From assembly GCA_937928735.1 (NCBI GenBank), contig CALFVF010000008.1, forward strand, positions 1,971 through 65,970: a stretch of DNA of 64,000 bases, written 5' to 3'. Shown here one piece after another: positions 46,867-57,075 of the stretch (position 1 is its first letter; each line of letters opens with the position of its first letter). The notes beneath the pieces were generated by a model that was not told the DNA's origin, made no database searches, and saw nothing but the letters and a program-made list of their open reading frames with translations. Source of the stretch: an uncultured Verrucomicrobiales bacterium. GTDB lineage: Bacteria > Verrucomicrobiota > Verrucomicrobiia > Verrucomicrobiales > Akkermansiaceae. A program made the translations under genes and the position numbers.

Positions 46867-49329
46867 TTATTTAGTGAGTGCTTCATCGAGATTAAGGACT
46901 TGGCTAGCGACCATGGTCCATGCGGCGAGCTCAGCGGCATCTATATCTTTATTAGGGCGTGAATTGCCCACAGTGAGGAGCTTTTCACTGAGTTTTGGCT
47001 GCTCCTTGTAGTGCTCATGAAGAGTCTCGAAGTTGCTCATAGCAACTGTTCTTTCTGCATCATTCAACTTACGAGAGAGTACACTGAGGGTGATGTGGTC
47101 GAGAGTCTGAGATGGTGTTTTTGAGTGGAGGCTAGCTACGGTGGCGAGTGCTCTTGCGGCTTCTACAAACTGAGGGTCATTGAGCAGAACCAGAGCCTGT
47201 AGTGGGGTGTTAGTACGAGTTCTCGATGTGCAGGATACCTCTCTGCTTGTTGCGTTAAGTATCTCCATACTGGGGTGGAGGGCTTGGCGTTTCCAGTAGG
47301 TGTAGAGTGAGCGGCGATAGAGGTCTTCCCCTTTTGACTGCACGTAGTGCCTGGAGCTTGATTTTTTCATAGAAATGAGCCACAGACCCTTTGGTTGGTA
47401 GGGTCTCACAGAAGGGCCTCCGAGTTTTCGTGATAGAAGCTCAGAGGTGGCGAGTGCTACATCGCGGATTTGTTCGGCATCGAGGCGGTATCTGGGGCCT
47501 CTTGTTAGGAAGTGGTTTTCTGGGTCTTTGGTGCGGTTTTCATCCGTCGCTATGGCGGACTGACGATAAGTGGCGGAGGTGACAATGGTCTTTAGGAGGT
47601 GGTGAATGTCCCAGCCTGATTCAATAAAGTCTCTCGCTAACCAGTCGAGTAGCTCTGGGTGTGTGGGGTGGCCTCCCATGGCGCCGAAGTCTTCATTGTT
47701 TCTCACAAACCCTTGGCCAAAGAGATAGGACCAGAATCGATTGACAGTGACTCGTGATGGTAGTGGATTATCCTCAGCGACTAGCCAATGTGCTAGGTCG
47801 AGTCGATTTGGGGTGGAGTGACTTCTCTTTTGATTTGTGGCGGAGAGGCTGAGAGGGGGTAAAATAGCAGGTGTATTGGGCGTCACGCGCTCTCCCTTTG
47901 AGGCATAGCTGCCGCGAAGTAAAACATGGGCGTATGGTTCGCTGTCTGCTTTTTCTTCGTAAATGAGAGTGGTGTCGCCTTTGGAGAGGATGTGTTGGAT
48001 TTCCTTTTTTAGCTCGCTAACTTGGGCTTTGAGGGTCTCGTCTGTTTTTTTACGATTGAGCTGTTTCTCTAGTTTTTTGAGTTCACTTCTGGCAGTACTG
48101 AGACGTTTGCCAAGCTCAGCTGGGCCTGTGTAGAGAATAGGTGCATTGTTTGCGTCGTCAGTTTCTGAAATTGAGGTTGTGTTATTGCGGAAGAATGCAC
48201 TGAGTTGGTAGACTTCCTTGGTGCTGAGTTGGTCAAATTTATGATCGTGGCATGAGGCGCAATTTGTGGTGAGGCCGAGCCATGTTGCGGCCATACTATC
48301 GACTCGGTCTTGAGCATAGATAGCGGCATATTCCTCTGGAATAAGGCCTCCTTCACCAGAGGTTGGTAGGCAGCGTAAGTAGCCAGTCGCGATCTTTTGG
48401 GAAGTGGTGGCTTCGGGAAGTAGGTCGCCTGCTAGTTGCTCTGTGCTAAATTGGTCAAAGGGCATGTTCTCCTGAAAGGCCTGAATAACCCAGTCCCTAT
48501 AGAGCCATATGGTACGGTGATGGTCGTGGTGAATGCCTTGTGTATCTGCGTAGCGTACGACATCGAGCCAGTGCCTCGTCATGTGCTCGGCATAGGCCTG
48601 AGTGTGGAGGAGCTGATCGACTTTCTCTTCGTAGATGGTGTCAAAGTCTCTAGTGTCATTCATCCAGAGTGTGATTTCATTTTGAGTGGGAGGGAGGCCT
48701 GTTAGGTCAAGAGTGAGGCGTCTGAGTAGTCTGGATTTATTTTGTTGAGGATTTGGCGTGAGATTTTGTTCTCTATGCTTCGCTGCAATGAAGTGATCAA
48801 TTGGGTTTTTCACCCATGTTGGGTCAGCTTTAGGTAGATCGGTTTTTACCGCTTTCACATAGGCCCAATGAGGCTCATACTCTGCTCCTTGGCGGATCCA
48901 TTCTTTCACAAGTTCGATGTCTTCTTTGGACATGATTTTCCCATGTGCTGGATCTCGTGATGGATGAAGAGGCATGACTTCATCTGGGTCACTACTCTCC
49001 ATGAGCTCGATCATATAGGATTTTTCTGGGTGTCCTGGGACAATGGTGGGGGGTGAGTTCTTACGCTCTGCAAAGGCGAATTCCTCAAGATCAAGTCGAA
49101 GGGGGTCGTCTTTTGGTTTGCGAGATGAGCTGTCAGGGCCGTGACAAAAAAAGCAGTTTTCTGAGAGAATGGGCTGTATGTCGCGGTTGTATGAAATCTC
49201 TCGCGCATTAGCTGCAGATAGTGTAATTAATGCTATTAGGAAGGCACTAAAGAGTAAAATGTCAGTGAGATGGTGGAACCAATTTGCTCTGCTGAAATGT
49301 GAGCTGTGTACTGGAAGTGTGCGTATCAT
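46867..49329 (-). CDS. Planctomycete cytochrome C + DUF1549 (PSCyt2) + DUF1553 (PSD1) protein
   Basis: CFFCHG, WLDVVRYAD, CASCHDHKFD, VNRFW, THPELLD, TNTPLQAL.LLN. Confidence 0.9.
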   Translation of the reverse strand: MIRTLPVHSSHFSRANWFHHLTDILLFSAFLIALITLSAANAREISYNRDIQPILSENCFFCHGPDSSSRKPKDDPLRLDLEEFAFAERKNSPPTIVPGHPEKSYMIELMESSDPDEVMPLHPSRDPAHGKIMSKEDIELVKEWIRQGAEYEPHWAYVKAVKTDLPKADPTWVKNPIDHFIAAKHREQNLTPNPQQNKSRLLRRLTLDLTGLPPTQNEITLWMNDTRDFDTIYEEKVDQLLHTQAYAEHMTRHWLDVVRYADTQGIHHDHHRTIWLYRDWVIQAFQENMPFDQFSTEQLAGDLLPEATTSQKIATGYLRCLPTSGEGGLIPEEYAAIYAQDRVDSMAATWLGLTTNCASCHDHKFDQLSTKEVYQLSAFFRNNTTSISETDDANNAPILYTGPAELGKRLSTARSELKKLEKQLNRKKTDETLKAQVSELKKEIQHILSKGDTTLIYEEKADSEPYAHVLLRGSYASKGERVTPNTPAILPPLSLSATNQKRSHSTPNRLDLAHWLVAEDNPLPSRVTVNRFWSYLFGQGFVRNNEDFGAMGGHPTHPELLDWLARDFIESGWDIHHLLKTIVTSATYRQSAIATDENRTKDPENHFLTRGPRYRLDAEQIRDVALATSELLSRKLGGPSVRPYQPKGLWLISMKKSSSRHYVQSKGEDLYRRSLYTYWKRQALHPSMEILNATSREVSCTSRTRTNTPLQALVLLNDPQFVEAARALATVASLHSKTPSQTLDHITLSVLSRKLNDAERTVAMSNFETLHEHYKEQPKLSEKLLTVGNSRPNKDIDAAELAAWTMVASQVLNLDEALTK

Positions 49330-49616
49330 AATCAGATAATCAGGATCATCATTGGAAACTTATTGCTAGGTTAAATGAATACCTAGGCGAAGCCAGTGTA
49401 TGGAGTATTACTCGTAACATCCTGATTACGTTGATTTTGAGTATGTTCTTTCTTTTGGCGTGTTCTGTAATGTTGTTTGTCGGCGCAGGGGAGTTAGTGG
49501 AAGATGAGCACGCTAAGATACCTATTTGTTTATCCTTTGATTTCTATGATGATCGCATCAATTGGGCGTATTTTGAGGTGGTGTGAGGGTTGAGGTGGTA
49601 TGAGGGAGAGATTATT

Positions 49617-50534
49617 TCAGTGGGAGCTTTCTGGTTGCAGGTCGCCCATTGCCCATTGGATACCATTGAGGTAGATGGCTAAGACATCTGGGTTCCAGTA
49701 CATATCGTGGTTGTGACCAATGGAGCAATAAAAGACGCGGCCTTTCCCGTGAGTTTTTGTCCAAGAGACACCAAAGTCATTGTCTGTGCGGCGGACCTTT
49801 TTCACTGTTTGGTCACTTTTTGAGGGGTCAAGCCGGAGTAGCATCTCGCATTTGGAAGAGTCATAAGGATCTTTATGTTGATAAATTTCTTCTTTGAAAC
49901 GCAGAGGCTCACCCTTGAGGTGGGCGACTATCGGGTGGTGTTTTGCGGCTGGTTCGACATCAATGTGCACTGGAGATTTCGCGCGCCAAGGATGACCCCA
50001 GAAGTAGCCACCAATCATGGCGCCATATTCTGGCCAGTCATAGAATGTGTCAGTCGCTGCATGAATACCAACAAAAGCCCCTCCTTCTGTAATGTAGCGC
50101 ATGAGGTTTTCTTTAAGGGTGTCTGAGAGCTCATGTGCTGCGGTGATTTGCTGCTCTGTCATAGCCACTAAAGCAGCCTTGTTAGGTAGAAATACTTCTT
50201 TGGTGGTATTGAGAAAACAGATGGCATCAAACTGATCAATAGCGTCTTTCTGGAAATGCTTTAGATCGTCACTAACAACGGCCTCAAAGGCCCCTGTCTT
50301 CTCCCCAAGCATGGGGAAGGCAATTTTTGCGGTGTCTATTGACTTGTGCCGAAAGCCGTTGGTGACAGAGAAAATAAGAATTTTGCGCGGCTGAGTTGGC
50401 TCGGCGAGGGCCGTTGGTATTGCTTTAGCTATTCGACTCTCTGTAGTAGCTGAGTCCGCTTGAGGTGCTGCGATGCTGATGACTGCGACGAGAGCTAGTG
50501 CCGCCGTGGAGAGAATGAGTGGTGCATGAGGCAT
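49617..50534 (-). CDS. ThuA-like domain exported protein
   Basis: GFRH.SI, GGAFVGIHAATD, GG.F.GHPW, EEIY, GRVFYCSIGH. Confidence 0.85.
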   Translation of the reverse strand: MPHAPLILSTAALALVAVISIAAPQADSATTESRIAKAIPTALAEPTQPRKILIFSVTNGFRHKSIDTAKIAFPMLGEKTGAFEAVVSDDLKHFQKDAIDQFDAICFLNTTKEVFLPNKAALVAMTEQQITAAHELSDTLKENLMRYITEGGAFVGIHAATDTFYDWPEYGAMIGGYFWGHPWRAKSPVHIDVEPAAKHHPIVAHLKGEPLRFKEEIYQHKDPYDSSKCEMLLRLDPSKSDQTVKKVRRTDNDFGVSWTKTHGKGRVFYCSIGHNHDMYWNPDVLAIYLNGIQWAMGDLQPESSH

Positions 50535-50565
50535 GAGTGAAGAGTGTGTGTCGGGGTGGTGAGGC

Positions 50566-51063
50566 TCAGCGTTGACGAGGAAGGCGCTTACCCTCCACTC
50601 GGGCTTTAATGAGATTTGGGCATGATTTTTTGATGCGTAGTTGGTCGCAGCTCGCCTCGATGCGGATAGCTTGTGCTACGGGAGTGTATCCCATTCTTTT
50701 ACTCAAGCAGTCATTGAGGAGCTCCACGTGAGTGTCTTCAAATTCGAGGACTTTACCACAGTCCACACAGATCAGGTGATTATGCGCGGGGCGGTCCAGA
50801 AAGTTAGGGTCATAGGTTTTGACTTCTTCTCCGAGGTCGATTTCATGTAGTAAACGCGCCTCCACGAGTAATGAAATCGTGCGGTACACAGTTGCTCTTG
50901 AGGCGCCAGAGTTAGTCTTGCGAACTCTCTCCCAGAGCTCATCAGCGGTGAAATGCTCATCTTTTGAAAAGATTTCCTCGACGATGACATTGCGCTGTGG
51001 GGTGTTTCTTAATCCCTTTTTTTTAATGTGGGCATTAAGCCGCTCTTGGATAGCTGGATCCAT
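50566..51063 (-). CDS. fur: Fur-family transcriptional regulator
   Basis: GLRNTPQR, H.TADEL, SRATVYRT, HNHLICVDCG, C-terminal Cys pair. Confidence 0.9.
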   Translation of the reverse strand: MDPAIQERLNAHIKKKGLRNTPQRNVIVEEIFSKDEHFTADELWERVRKTNSGASRATVYRTISLLVEARLLHEIDLGEEVKTYDPNFLDRPAHNHLICVDCGKVLEFEDTHVELLNDCLSKRMGYTPVAQAIRIEASCDQLRIKKSCPNLIKARVEGKRLPRQR

Positions 51064-51209
51064 ATAGCGCATAGATTATCGAGTAATGCAGAGAGAAGAA
51101 AGATCAAAGTAGCTAAAGAGGTGGCCTATTTTTATCTGTCGTCGTCTTCTTGGCCCGATTCTTTATTTTGGAGATTGGCATAGACTGTGGAACCTTCTTG
51201 AATAGCCCT

Positions 51210-51686
51210 ATGAGGTATTCTTTGCTCACCGTATTGAGGTGTTTTTTTGTCACCATATTTGTGCTGCTGCTGGGTGCATGTGCGAATAAAGAGATTCTCC
51301 ATGTCGATGTCTTTCATTTGAAGTCTACGAATCTCGAAAGTACTCGTGTAGGCATGGTGCGTGGCGAGCAGCGCAAACGCCTCTATGGAGCAGTGACTGA
51401 ACAGCAGCAGCTAGAGAGAATAGGACTCTACTACACAGCACTATGGAATGATCCGAATCTGGCCCAAGAAAGCGGAACGTTGAAGTTTGAATACCTTCAG
51501 CACATTACTGGGGCAAAAGTGCAAGTTCTGGAGTATACAATTCCCACCGGACAGGTGAAAGGGTCGGTTGATTTCAGTATTATAGGGAGCAATTACATTC
51601 ATAAAGGGAGAGTTCTGGCGTGGCGACTCACATACAAGCGTGATGGTGAAGTCATAGCCTCAGAACAATCTTACTTATGGGAGTAG
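51210..51686 (+). CDS. Hypothetical lipoprotein
   Basis: LLGAC lipobox after a hydrophobic stretch. Confidence 0.65.
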   Translation: MRYSLLTVLRCFFVTIFVLLLGACANKEILHVDVFHLKSTNLESTRVGMVRGEQRKRLYGAVTEQQQLERIGLYYTALWNDPNLAQESGTLKFEYLQHITGAKVQVLEYTIPTGQVKGSVDFSIIGSNYIHKGRVLAWRLTYKRDGEVIASEQSYLWE

Positions 51687-51688
51687 AG

Positions 51689-52606
51689 ATGAGTTCTTCA
51701 AATGGAATTCCCGAATCAATGAATGATCGAGCCGATAGCACAAAGCGAGGGAAACTAGCTAAGGCTGCCATGCGATTTTCTGTCCTAGGCAGTGGTAGTG
51801 GTGGAAATGCAACTTTGTTAGAGTGTCAGCAGACGAGACTGTTGATCGATGCAGGACTGAGTGCAAAACAAATATTGCTGAGGCTGGATCAGCTTAACAT
51901 CAAGCCTGAGAGTCTCGATGGTATCGTGCTAACTCATGAGCACGGTGATCATGCAAGAGGGGTTGATGTACTACTTCGAAATCGCAATATCCCTGTTTAT
52001 GCGAATGCATTGACTAAGGAAGCGATGAGCTGGTCTATGAAGAGTACTGTGTCATGGCGTGTCTTTGAGACCGGGCAGCCCTTTCGTGTGGGTGATGTAG
52101 AGGTGTTTTCTTTTCCTATTCCACATGATGCGGCTGATCCAGTTGCCTTTGTGATAGAAGGGAGTGGAGCGCGCTTTGGTGTGTTGACAGATGTAGGGTA
52201 TGTGACTCAAGGGATGATTCAGAATCTACAGAATCTAGATGCGTTCTTTGTGGAGGCGAACTATGATGAAAAACTCCTTGAAGAAGACACAAAACGACCA
52301 TGGGCGACGAAGCAGAGAATCGCCTCAAAGCATGGGCATTTATCAAACACCCAAGCAAGTGAATTAATCGCTCAGGTGGCAAGTGAGCGGCTCAGTGAGA
52401 TTATGCTCGTGCACCTGAGTAGTGACTGTAATTGCCCACAAAAAGCCATTGAGAGAGTGAGGAGTGAATTAGGGAGTGAAACTTGTGCAGAGGTGAATGT
52501 TTCATGTGCCAGCCAGAATGAAGTGTCATCATGGATCCATTTTGGAGAAGTGGTTCAAGCAGAGGAGGTGGCCCCCACTATTTTCAAGCAAGGGCAGTTA
52601 TTTTAA
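51689..52606 (+). CDS. MBL-fold metallo-hydrolase (YycJ/WalJ-like)
   Basis: LGSGSGGN, THEHGDH, PHDA, EANYD, GHLSN, HLS..N. Confidence 0.88.
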   Translation: MSSSNGIPESMNDRADSTKRGKLAKAAMRFSVLGSGSGGNATLLECQQTRLLIDAGLSAKQILLRLDQLNIKPESLDGIVLTHEHGDHARGVDVLLRNRNIPVYANALTKEAMSWSMKSTVSWRVFETGQPFRVGDVEVFSFPIPHDAADPVAFVIEGSGARFGVLTDVGYVTQGMIQNLQNLDAFFVEANYDEKLLEEDTKRPWATKQRIASKHGHLSNTQASELIAQVASERLSEIMLVHLSSDCNCPQKAIERVRSELGSETCAEVNVSCASQNEVSSWIHFGEVVQAEEVAPTIFKQGQLF

Positions 52607-52619
52607 GAGAAAGAGAAAC

Positions 52620-54725
52620 GTGTTTGATCTAGTCAGTGAATATTCTCCCCAAGGGGATCAGCAGCAAGCTATTGAAAAGCTACTGAAGTCCATTCAGCAC
52701 GGGAATCGCCATCAGACTCTGCATGGTGTCACAGGTTCAGGGAAGACCTTCTCTATGGCTAATCTGATTGCAGGCGCCAATAAGCCGACGCTAATCATGA
52801 GTCACAATAAGACGCTAGCAGCGCAGCTATACTCAGAATTTAAGAACTTCTTCCCCAATAATGCCGTGGAGTACTTCGTAAGCTACTTCGATTATTATCA
52901 ACCAGAAGCTTATATTCCACGAACAGACACTTATATCGAGAAAGACTCGTCCACCAATGAGGAGATTGAGCGACTAAGGCTCAGTACAATGGGAAGTCTC
53001 ATTACCAGAAAGGACGTGATCGTGGTGGCTTCAGTCAGTTGCATCTATGGTCTAGGTAGTCCGGAGGACTATCAGAATATGATGCTGCCCATTCACCAAG
53101 GCATGCAGATCTCTCGTGATGAGTTTCTTAACTCTATTGTGGAATTACAGTTTGAGCGTAACGACATTACCTTTAGCCGAGGTCAGTTCCGCGTGAGAGG
53201 GGATGTCGTTGAACTTCGTCCTGCCTACTTGGAGGATACCGCTGTCAGGATAGAATTTTTTGGAGATGAAATCGATCGAATCTCTGAGGTGAGTGCTGCC
53301 TCGGGGAGTAAACTGGGCTCGATGAAGGAGTATGTGCTCTTTCCTGCAAAGCAGTTTGTCACCTCAAAGCCAAAGGTCGCGAAAGCCATTCAGCAAATTC
53401 GCAAAGAGATGAAGAGTCGTGTGGCTGAATTTGAAAGCCAGAATAAGCTGATAGAAGCGCAGCGTATTCGTATGCGTACAGAATACGATATCGAGATGAT
53501 GCAGGAATTGGGCTTCTGCCAGGGTATCGAGAACTACTCCAGACATCTTACTGGGAGAGAGCCTGGGGCGACACCAGGAACGCTATTAGATTTTTTCCCA
53601 GATGATTTCTTAATACTCGCCGATGAGAGTCATGTGACGATTCCTCAAGTAGGTGGTATGTACGAGGGAGATCGGAGTCGGAAGGCTTCACTCGTTGAGC
53701 ATGGCTTTCGCCTACCAAGTGCCATGGATAATCGACCGCTGAAGTTTGATGAATTCATGAAACGCACACGCCAGTGCGTGTATGTCACAGCGACTCCTGG
53801 TCCCTTTGAGATGATGAACTCACGACCAGACAATAAGCAATATATCCCTTGGAAGCGGGGAGAGCTCTCAGCAAATCAGGCGATGAAATTGATTCGTAAA
53901 ACCCTTAAAGTCAGCAGTTCAAGCGAACCAGTCGAAGACTTCGAGGTGGAGAGGAGAGGTTCACATTTAATTGTGGAGCAAATCATTCGCCCTACAGGTT
54001 TGTTAGATCCTGTTCTCACGATGTATCCACTCGATGGCCAGATTGATAAAACTATTGAACTCGCACAGAGTCGTGTGGACTTAGGTGAGAGGGTATTGGT
54101 CACAACGCTGACGAAGAAAACAGCGGAAGACCTCAGTGACTACCTCAAAGGCGTGGGACTGAAAGTAAGCTACATTCATGCCGATGTAGGTGCCATTGAG
54201 CGTGTGGAAATTCTGCGCTCCCTCCGAGCAGGGGAGGTGGATATTCTTGTGGGGATTAATCTTTTGAGAGAAGGGCTCGACTTACCAGAAGTGTCACTAG
54301 TCTGCATTCTCGATGCAGATAAAGAAGGTTTCTTGAGGAATGAAACCAGTCTCGTGCAAACAGCGGGGCGTGCCGCTAGGCATGAGAAAGGAGAGTGCGT
54401 GTTATTCTGTGACGTTGTCACAGATTCGATCCAAGCTCTTCTGGATGTCACGAACTACCGCCGTGCCAAACAGATTGCTCATAATGAGCTACACGGAATC
54501 ACACCACATAGTGTCGTGCGACCAGTCCAGAAAAGCTTGCAGCAATACAGAGATGACAAGTCAGAGTCCCATCTCGCCGCCGCCGAAGATACTGAGGAGT
54601 ATTCTCCAGCCAAGTTACTCGCCCAGCTAGAGAAGGAAATGCAAGAGGCCTCCGCACTATTAGAATTTGAACGAGCCGCTCATCTGAGAGACCAGATTAA
54701 GGCACTGAAGGCAGAGAAGAAGTAA
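52620..54725 (+). CDS. uvrB: Excinuclease ABC subunit B
   Basis: GDQ, GVTGSGKT, HNKTLAAQLY, YYQPEAY, DESH, NLLREGLD, GRAAR; GTG start at 52620. Confidence 0.98.
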   Translation: MFDLVSEYSPQGDQQQAIEKLLKSIQHGNRHQTLHGVTGSGKTFSMANLIAGANKPTLIMSHNKTLAAQLYSEFKNFFPNNAVEYFVSYFDYYQPEAYIPRTDTYIEKDSSTNEEIERLRLSTMGSLITRKDVIVVASVSCIYGLGSPEDYQNMMLPIHQGMQISRDEFLNSIVELQFERNDITFSRGQFRVRGDVVELRPAYLEDTAVRIEFFGDEIDRISEVSAASGSKLGSMKEYVLFPAKQFVTSKPKVAKAIQQIRKEMKSRVAEFESQNKLIEAQRIRMRTEYDIEMMQELGFCQGIENYSRHLTGREPGATPGTLLDFFPDDFLILADESHVTIPQVGGMYEGDRSRKASLVEHGFRLPSAMDNRPLKFDEFMKRTRQCVYVTATPGPFEMMNSRPDNKQYIPWKRGELSANQAMKLIRKTLKVSSSSEPVEDFEVERRGSHLIVEQIIRPTGLLDPVLTMYPLDGQIDKTIELAQSRVDLGERVLVTTLTKKTAEDLSDYLKGVGLKVSYIHADVGAIERVEILRSLRAGEVDILVGINLLREGLDLPEVSLVCILDADKEGFLRNETSLVQTAGRAARHEKGECVLFCDVVTDSIQALLDVTNYRRAKQIAHNELHGITPHSVVRPVQKSLQQYRDDKSESHLAAAEDTEEYSPAKLLAQLEKEMQEASALLEFERAAHLRDQIKALKAEKK

Positions 54726-54762
54726 AGGAAGGGTAATCAGCGAGAGTCCACACTCCTACGCA

Positions 54763-56919
54763 CTACTTGATCACACGGTTCACAACGATGAGCCAGTTCA
54801 TCACGTTCACAGGTGGTAGCTGTGCGGGGTGAGAAATGGACTCTAGTGAAGCTGTGATTGAAGCTGTGTTGATGGCATCTTGAGCATTTCTTAAGTCTAA
54901 TACATTGATCGCATTGGCATTACCATCAGCGAGTGACCCAACACTACCTTGCACGTTGATTGCAAGGTCACCTTCTGTTCCATAGCGGATCTCTGGAGCA
55001 AAAACTGAAGTTGGAGGGAATAGAGGATCAGTGAAACCTGGACGAGCTGGTGTCCCAGCGGGGTAAGGAACATTGTTAAAGTCAGATTTAAAATATGTTC
55101 TTAAATTACTCACATAGGAGAAGCCGGATGTGTAAGCTGTGAGATCTTCTGTGCCTATTAAGACGACATAGGGGAATTGTTGGGGGGGAGATGTGCCGTC
55201 TGGAAGAAGAGGCGTAGGAATAACGGGAGCATCAAAGCTGAGGCCTGTTTCGTCTACGCCGTCTCTGTGATCAGGGTTAACAGTGATAGAGTGGTTGATA
55301 TCGAGGCCAGCAGCATCTGGTAATGTCGCAAGGTAGCCAGCAATACGATCTAGGTGAATGTTTAGTGTGACATCACCATTAGGTAAAACACCCTGGAAGA
55401 AAGGAAATGTGTCAAAGCCTGGGTCAGTGGCCGAGTTTGGCCATGGTGTAGCTAAGGGACCAGTACCACCTATTCTGATTGGAGTTGGAATTGGTGTCCC
55501 ATCATTTTGTAAGTAAGTGAAGCGAAGTTCAATAGGTGTTGATCCTGCGAGTTGAAAAATATCAAGTTTCATAGCTGTTTGGTTGCAGCCTCTACTGTAT
55601 TCAAAAAAGTGTTCGTAGGAGGCTCTATTACCAGCTATAGGGTTAGGGGCAAAATTGGCTGCAAAGCGATCAAAGAAGGCTGGGCCTTGGCCTAAGCTAA
55701 CAAAAATCGATTTGGCAGAATCAGAGGACTTAGCGATGGGGAAGAAATCGAGATTTTGATTCTCGTAGGTAGTTTCATTAGCAGTTGTAATTCCAGTGGT
55801 CGGGTCAACAATTCTATCTGCTTCACCGACTCTGACATTACCGTCAAAATTCGAGGTTTCTTTAGTGGTGATTCGGTCTACAGCTAATTCACCACTGGTG
55901 GTGAGTCGTTCGGAGTAGATGCCACCTTGGATACCGATATTGGCAGCATCTGCCCAGCTAGTGCCATCTCCAAAGCTACCTAGTTGTGTGAAGGTATTTG
56001 AGTTGATCGCTAGTTGAGATGGGATTTCATAGACGGACAAAATGTATTCGCGGTCGATGAAATTTAAGTTACGATTACCTTGGTTTTGATTGTTAACAGC
56101 CAGACCTGTATTGGGCGCATCTCTGATTTCAGATTGCATGAAGAGTCTCCACCAGTTTTGTTTTGCAACGATAGGTTGCCCTGGAGCAGCGTAACCAAAA
56201 GATATATTAGGGTATGGAATGAGATTAAATTCTGGATAGATGGTCGAATCTGCTTGTAATTGAGCATTTTGAGCTGCGGTGGTTGGATCGGTGTTGTCGT
56301 AGGTGTAAGACGAGCTTAAAAACATATGACGAATACGATTCTGCATTTGAACTCCAGCTGGGTGGTCATTAGGGCGAGCTGTCAAGTTGCTGTTGATTCC
56401 TCGTAAAGTAGTTACAGGAGGGTATTCTCCGTTGATAGTTGCGTTAATTTGTCCAGTCCATCCTGGTGGGTTGTCTGTAGGGTGAACTACGCCTAGTAGT
56501 TGTCGGCCAAATACATTGTTTATTCCCGTGTTTGCAGAGCGAGCTGTATTCAGTCCAAAAGCGTTTAGCTGTTGGTTGTAATTGCCCTGTAGTTTAGACG
56601 TTACTGCAGCTTGATTAGTCAACGAACCTAACCTAGTTTGAGTTCTTGTAGGGCCATCGCCCGCAAGCGAATTATCAATCATATTATTCGCCAAAAACTT
56701 AGGTGTTAGACCAACTAAAGAAGTCAAAAAAGCCTGCTCCTTCTGGTTGTAGTCGAGCTGGAGCTGAGCTTTCTTCTGGGTTTCTAGAGAACGAAGCGAA
56801 ACATCATAGGTATGCTGCAGTAGAATGAGTGAAACAATTCCAGTGAAGAGAACCATGAGAATGGCTCCATAACCGCGGCGAAGTGAAGGTTGATTTGAGG
56901 TTTTTTGTGAGATGATCAT
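54763..56919 (-). CDS. Large surface protein with PilX-like prepilin N-terminus
   Basis: RRG^YGAILMVLF hydrophobic helix; N/T/G-rich beta-type body. Confidence 0.55.
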   Translation of the reverse strand: MIISQKTSNQPSLRRGYGAILMVLFTGIVSLILLQHTYDVSLRSLETQKKAQLQLDYNQKEQAFLTSLVGLTPKFLANNMIDNSLAGDGPTRTQTRLGSLTNQAAVTSKLQGNYNQQLNAFGLNTARSANTGINNVFGRQLLGVVHPTDNPPGWTGQINATINGEYPPVTTLRGINSNLTARPNDHPAGVQMQNRIRHMFLSSSYTYDNTDPTTAAQNAQLQADSTIYPEFNLIPYPNISFGYAAPGQPIVAKQNWWRLFMQSEIRDAPNTGLAVNNQNQGNRNLNFIDREYILSVYEIPSQLAINSNTFTQLGSFGDGTSWADAANIGIQGGIYSERLTTSGELAVDRITTKETSNFDGNVRVGEADRIVDPTTGITTANETTYENQNLDFFPIAKSSDSAKSIFVSLGQGPAFFDRFAANFAPNPIAGNRASYEHFFEYSRGCNQTAMKLDIFQLAGSTPIELRFTYLQNDGTPIPTPIRIGGTGPLATPWPNSATDPGFDTFPFFQGVLPNGDVTLNIHLDRIAGYLATLPDAAGLDINHSITVNPDHRDGVDETGLSFDAPVIPTPLLPDGTSPPQQFPYVVLIGTEDLTAYTSGFSYVSNLRTYFKSDFNNVPYPAGTPARPGFTDPLFPPTSVFAPEIRYGTEGDLAINVQGSVGSLADGNANAINVLDLRNAQDAINTASITASLESISHPAQLPPVNVMNWLIVVNRVIK

Positions 56920-57075
56920 GTCAGGAAAGGTGAATTATAGGTTTAGGGAGGTTCCTGATAAGGAGTGTTTTAGATGTGAAATCTTTCCGCTATTAAAGGT
57001 TCAGATGGTTCTTAGGTCAATCTTTTTCACAGATCAAGCTTCACAGCGTCGGGCGATGTGATTAAGCTCCGCTGC

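Noticed and set aside
56920-57075. Cobalamin riboswitch upstream of the DUF6580-like gene
   Set aside because: No B12-box or GGGAA/GCAACTG core motifs visible.
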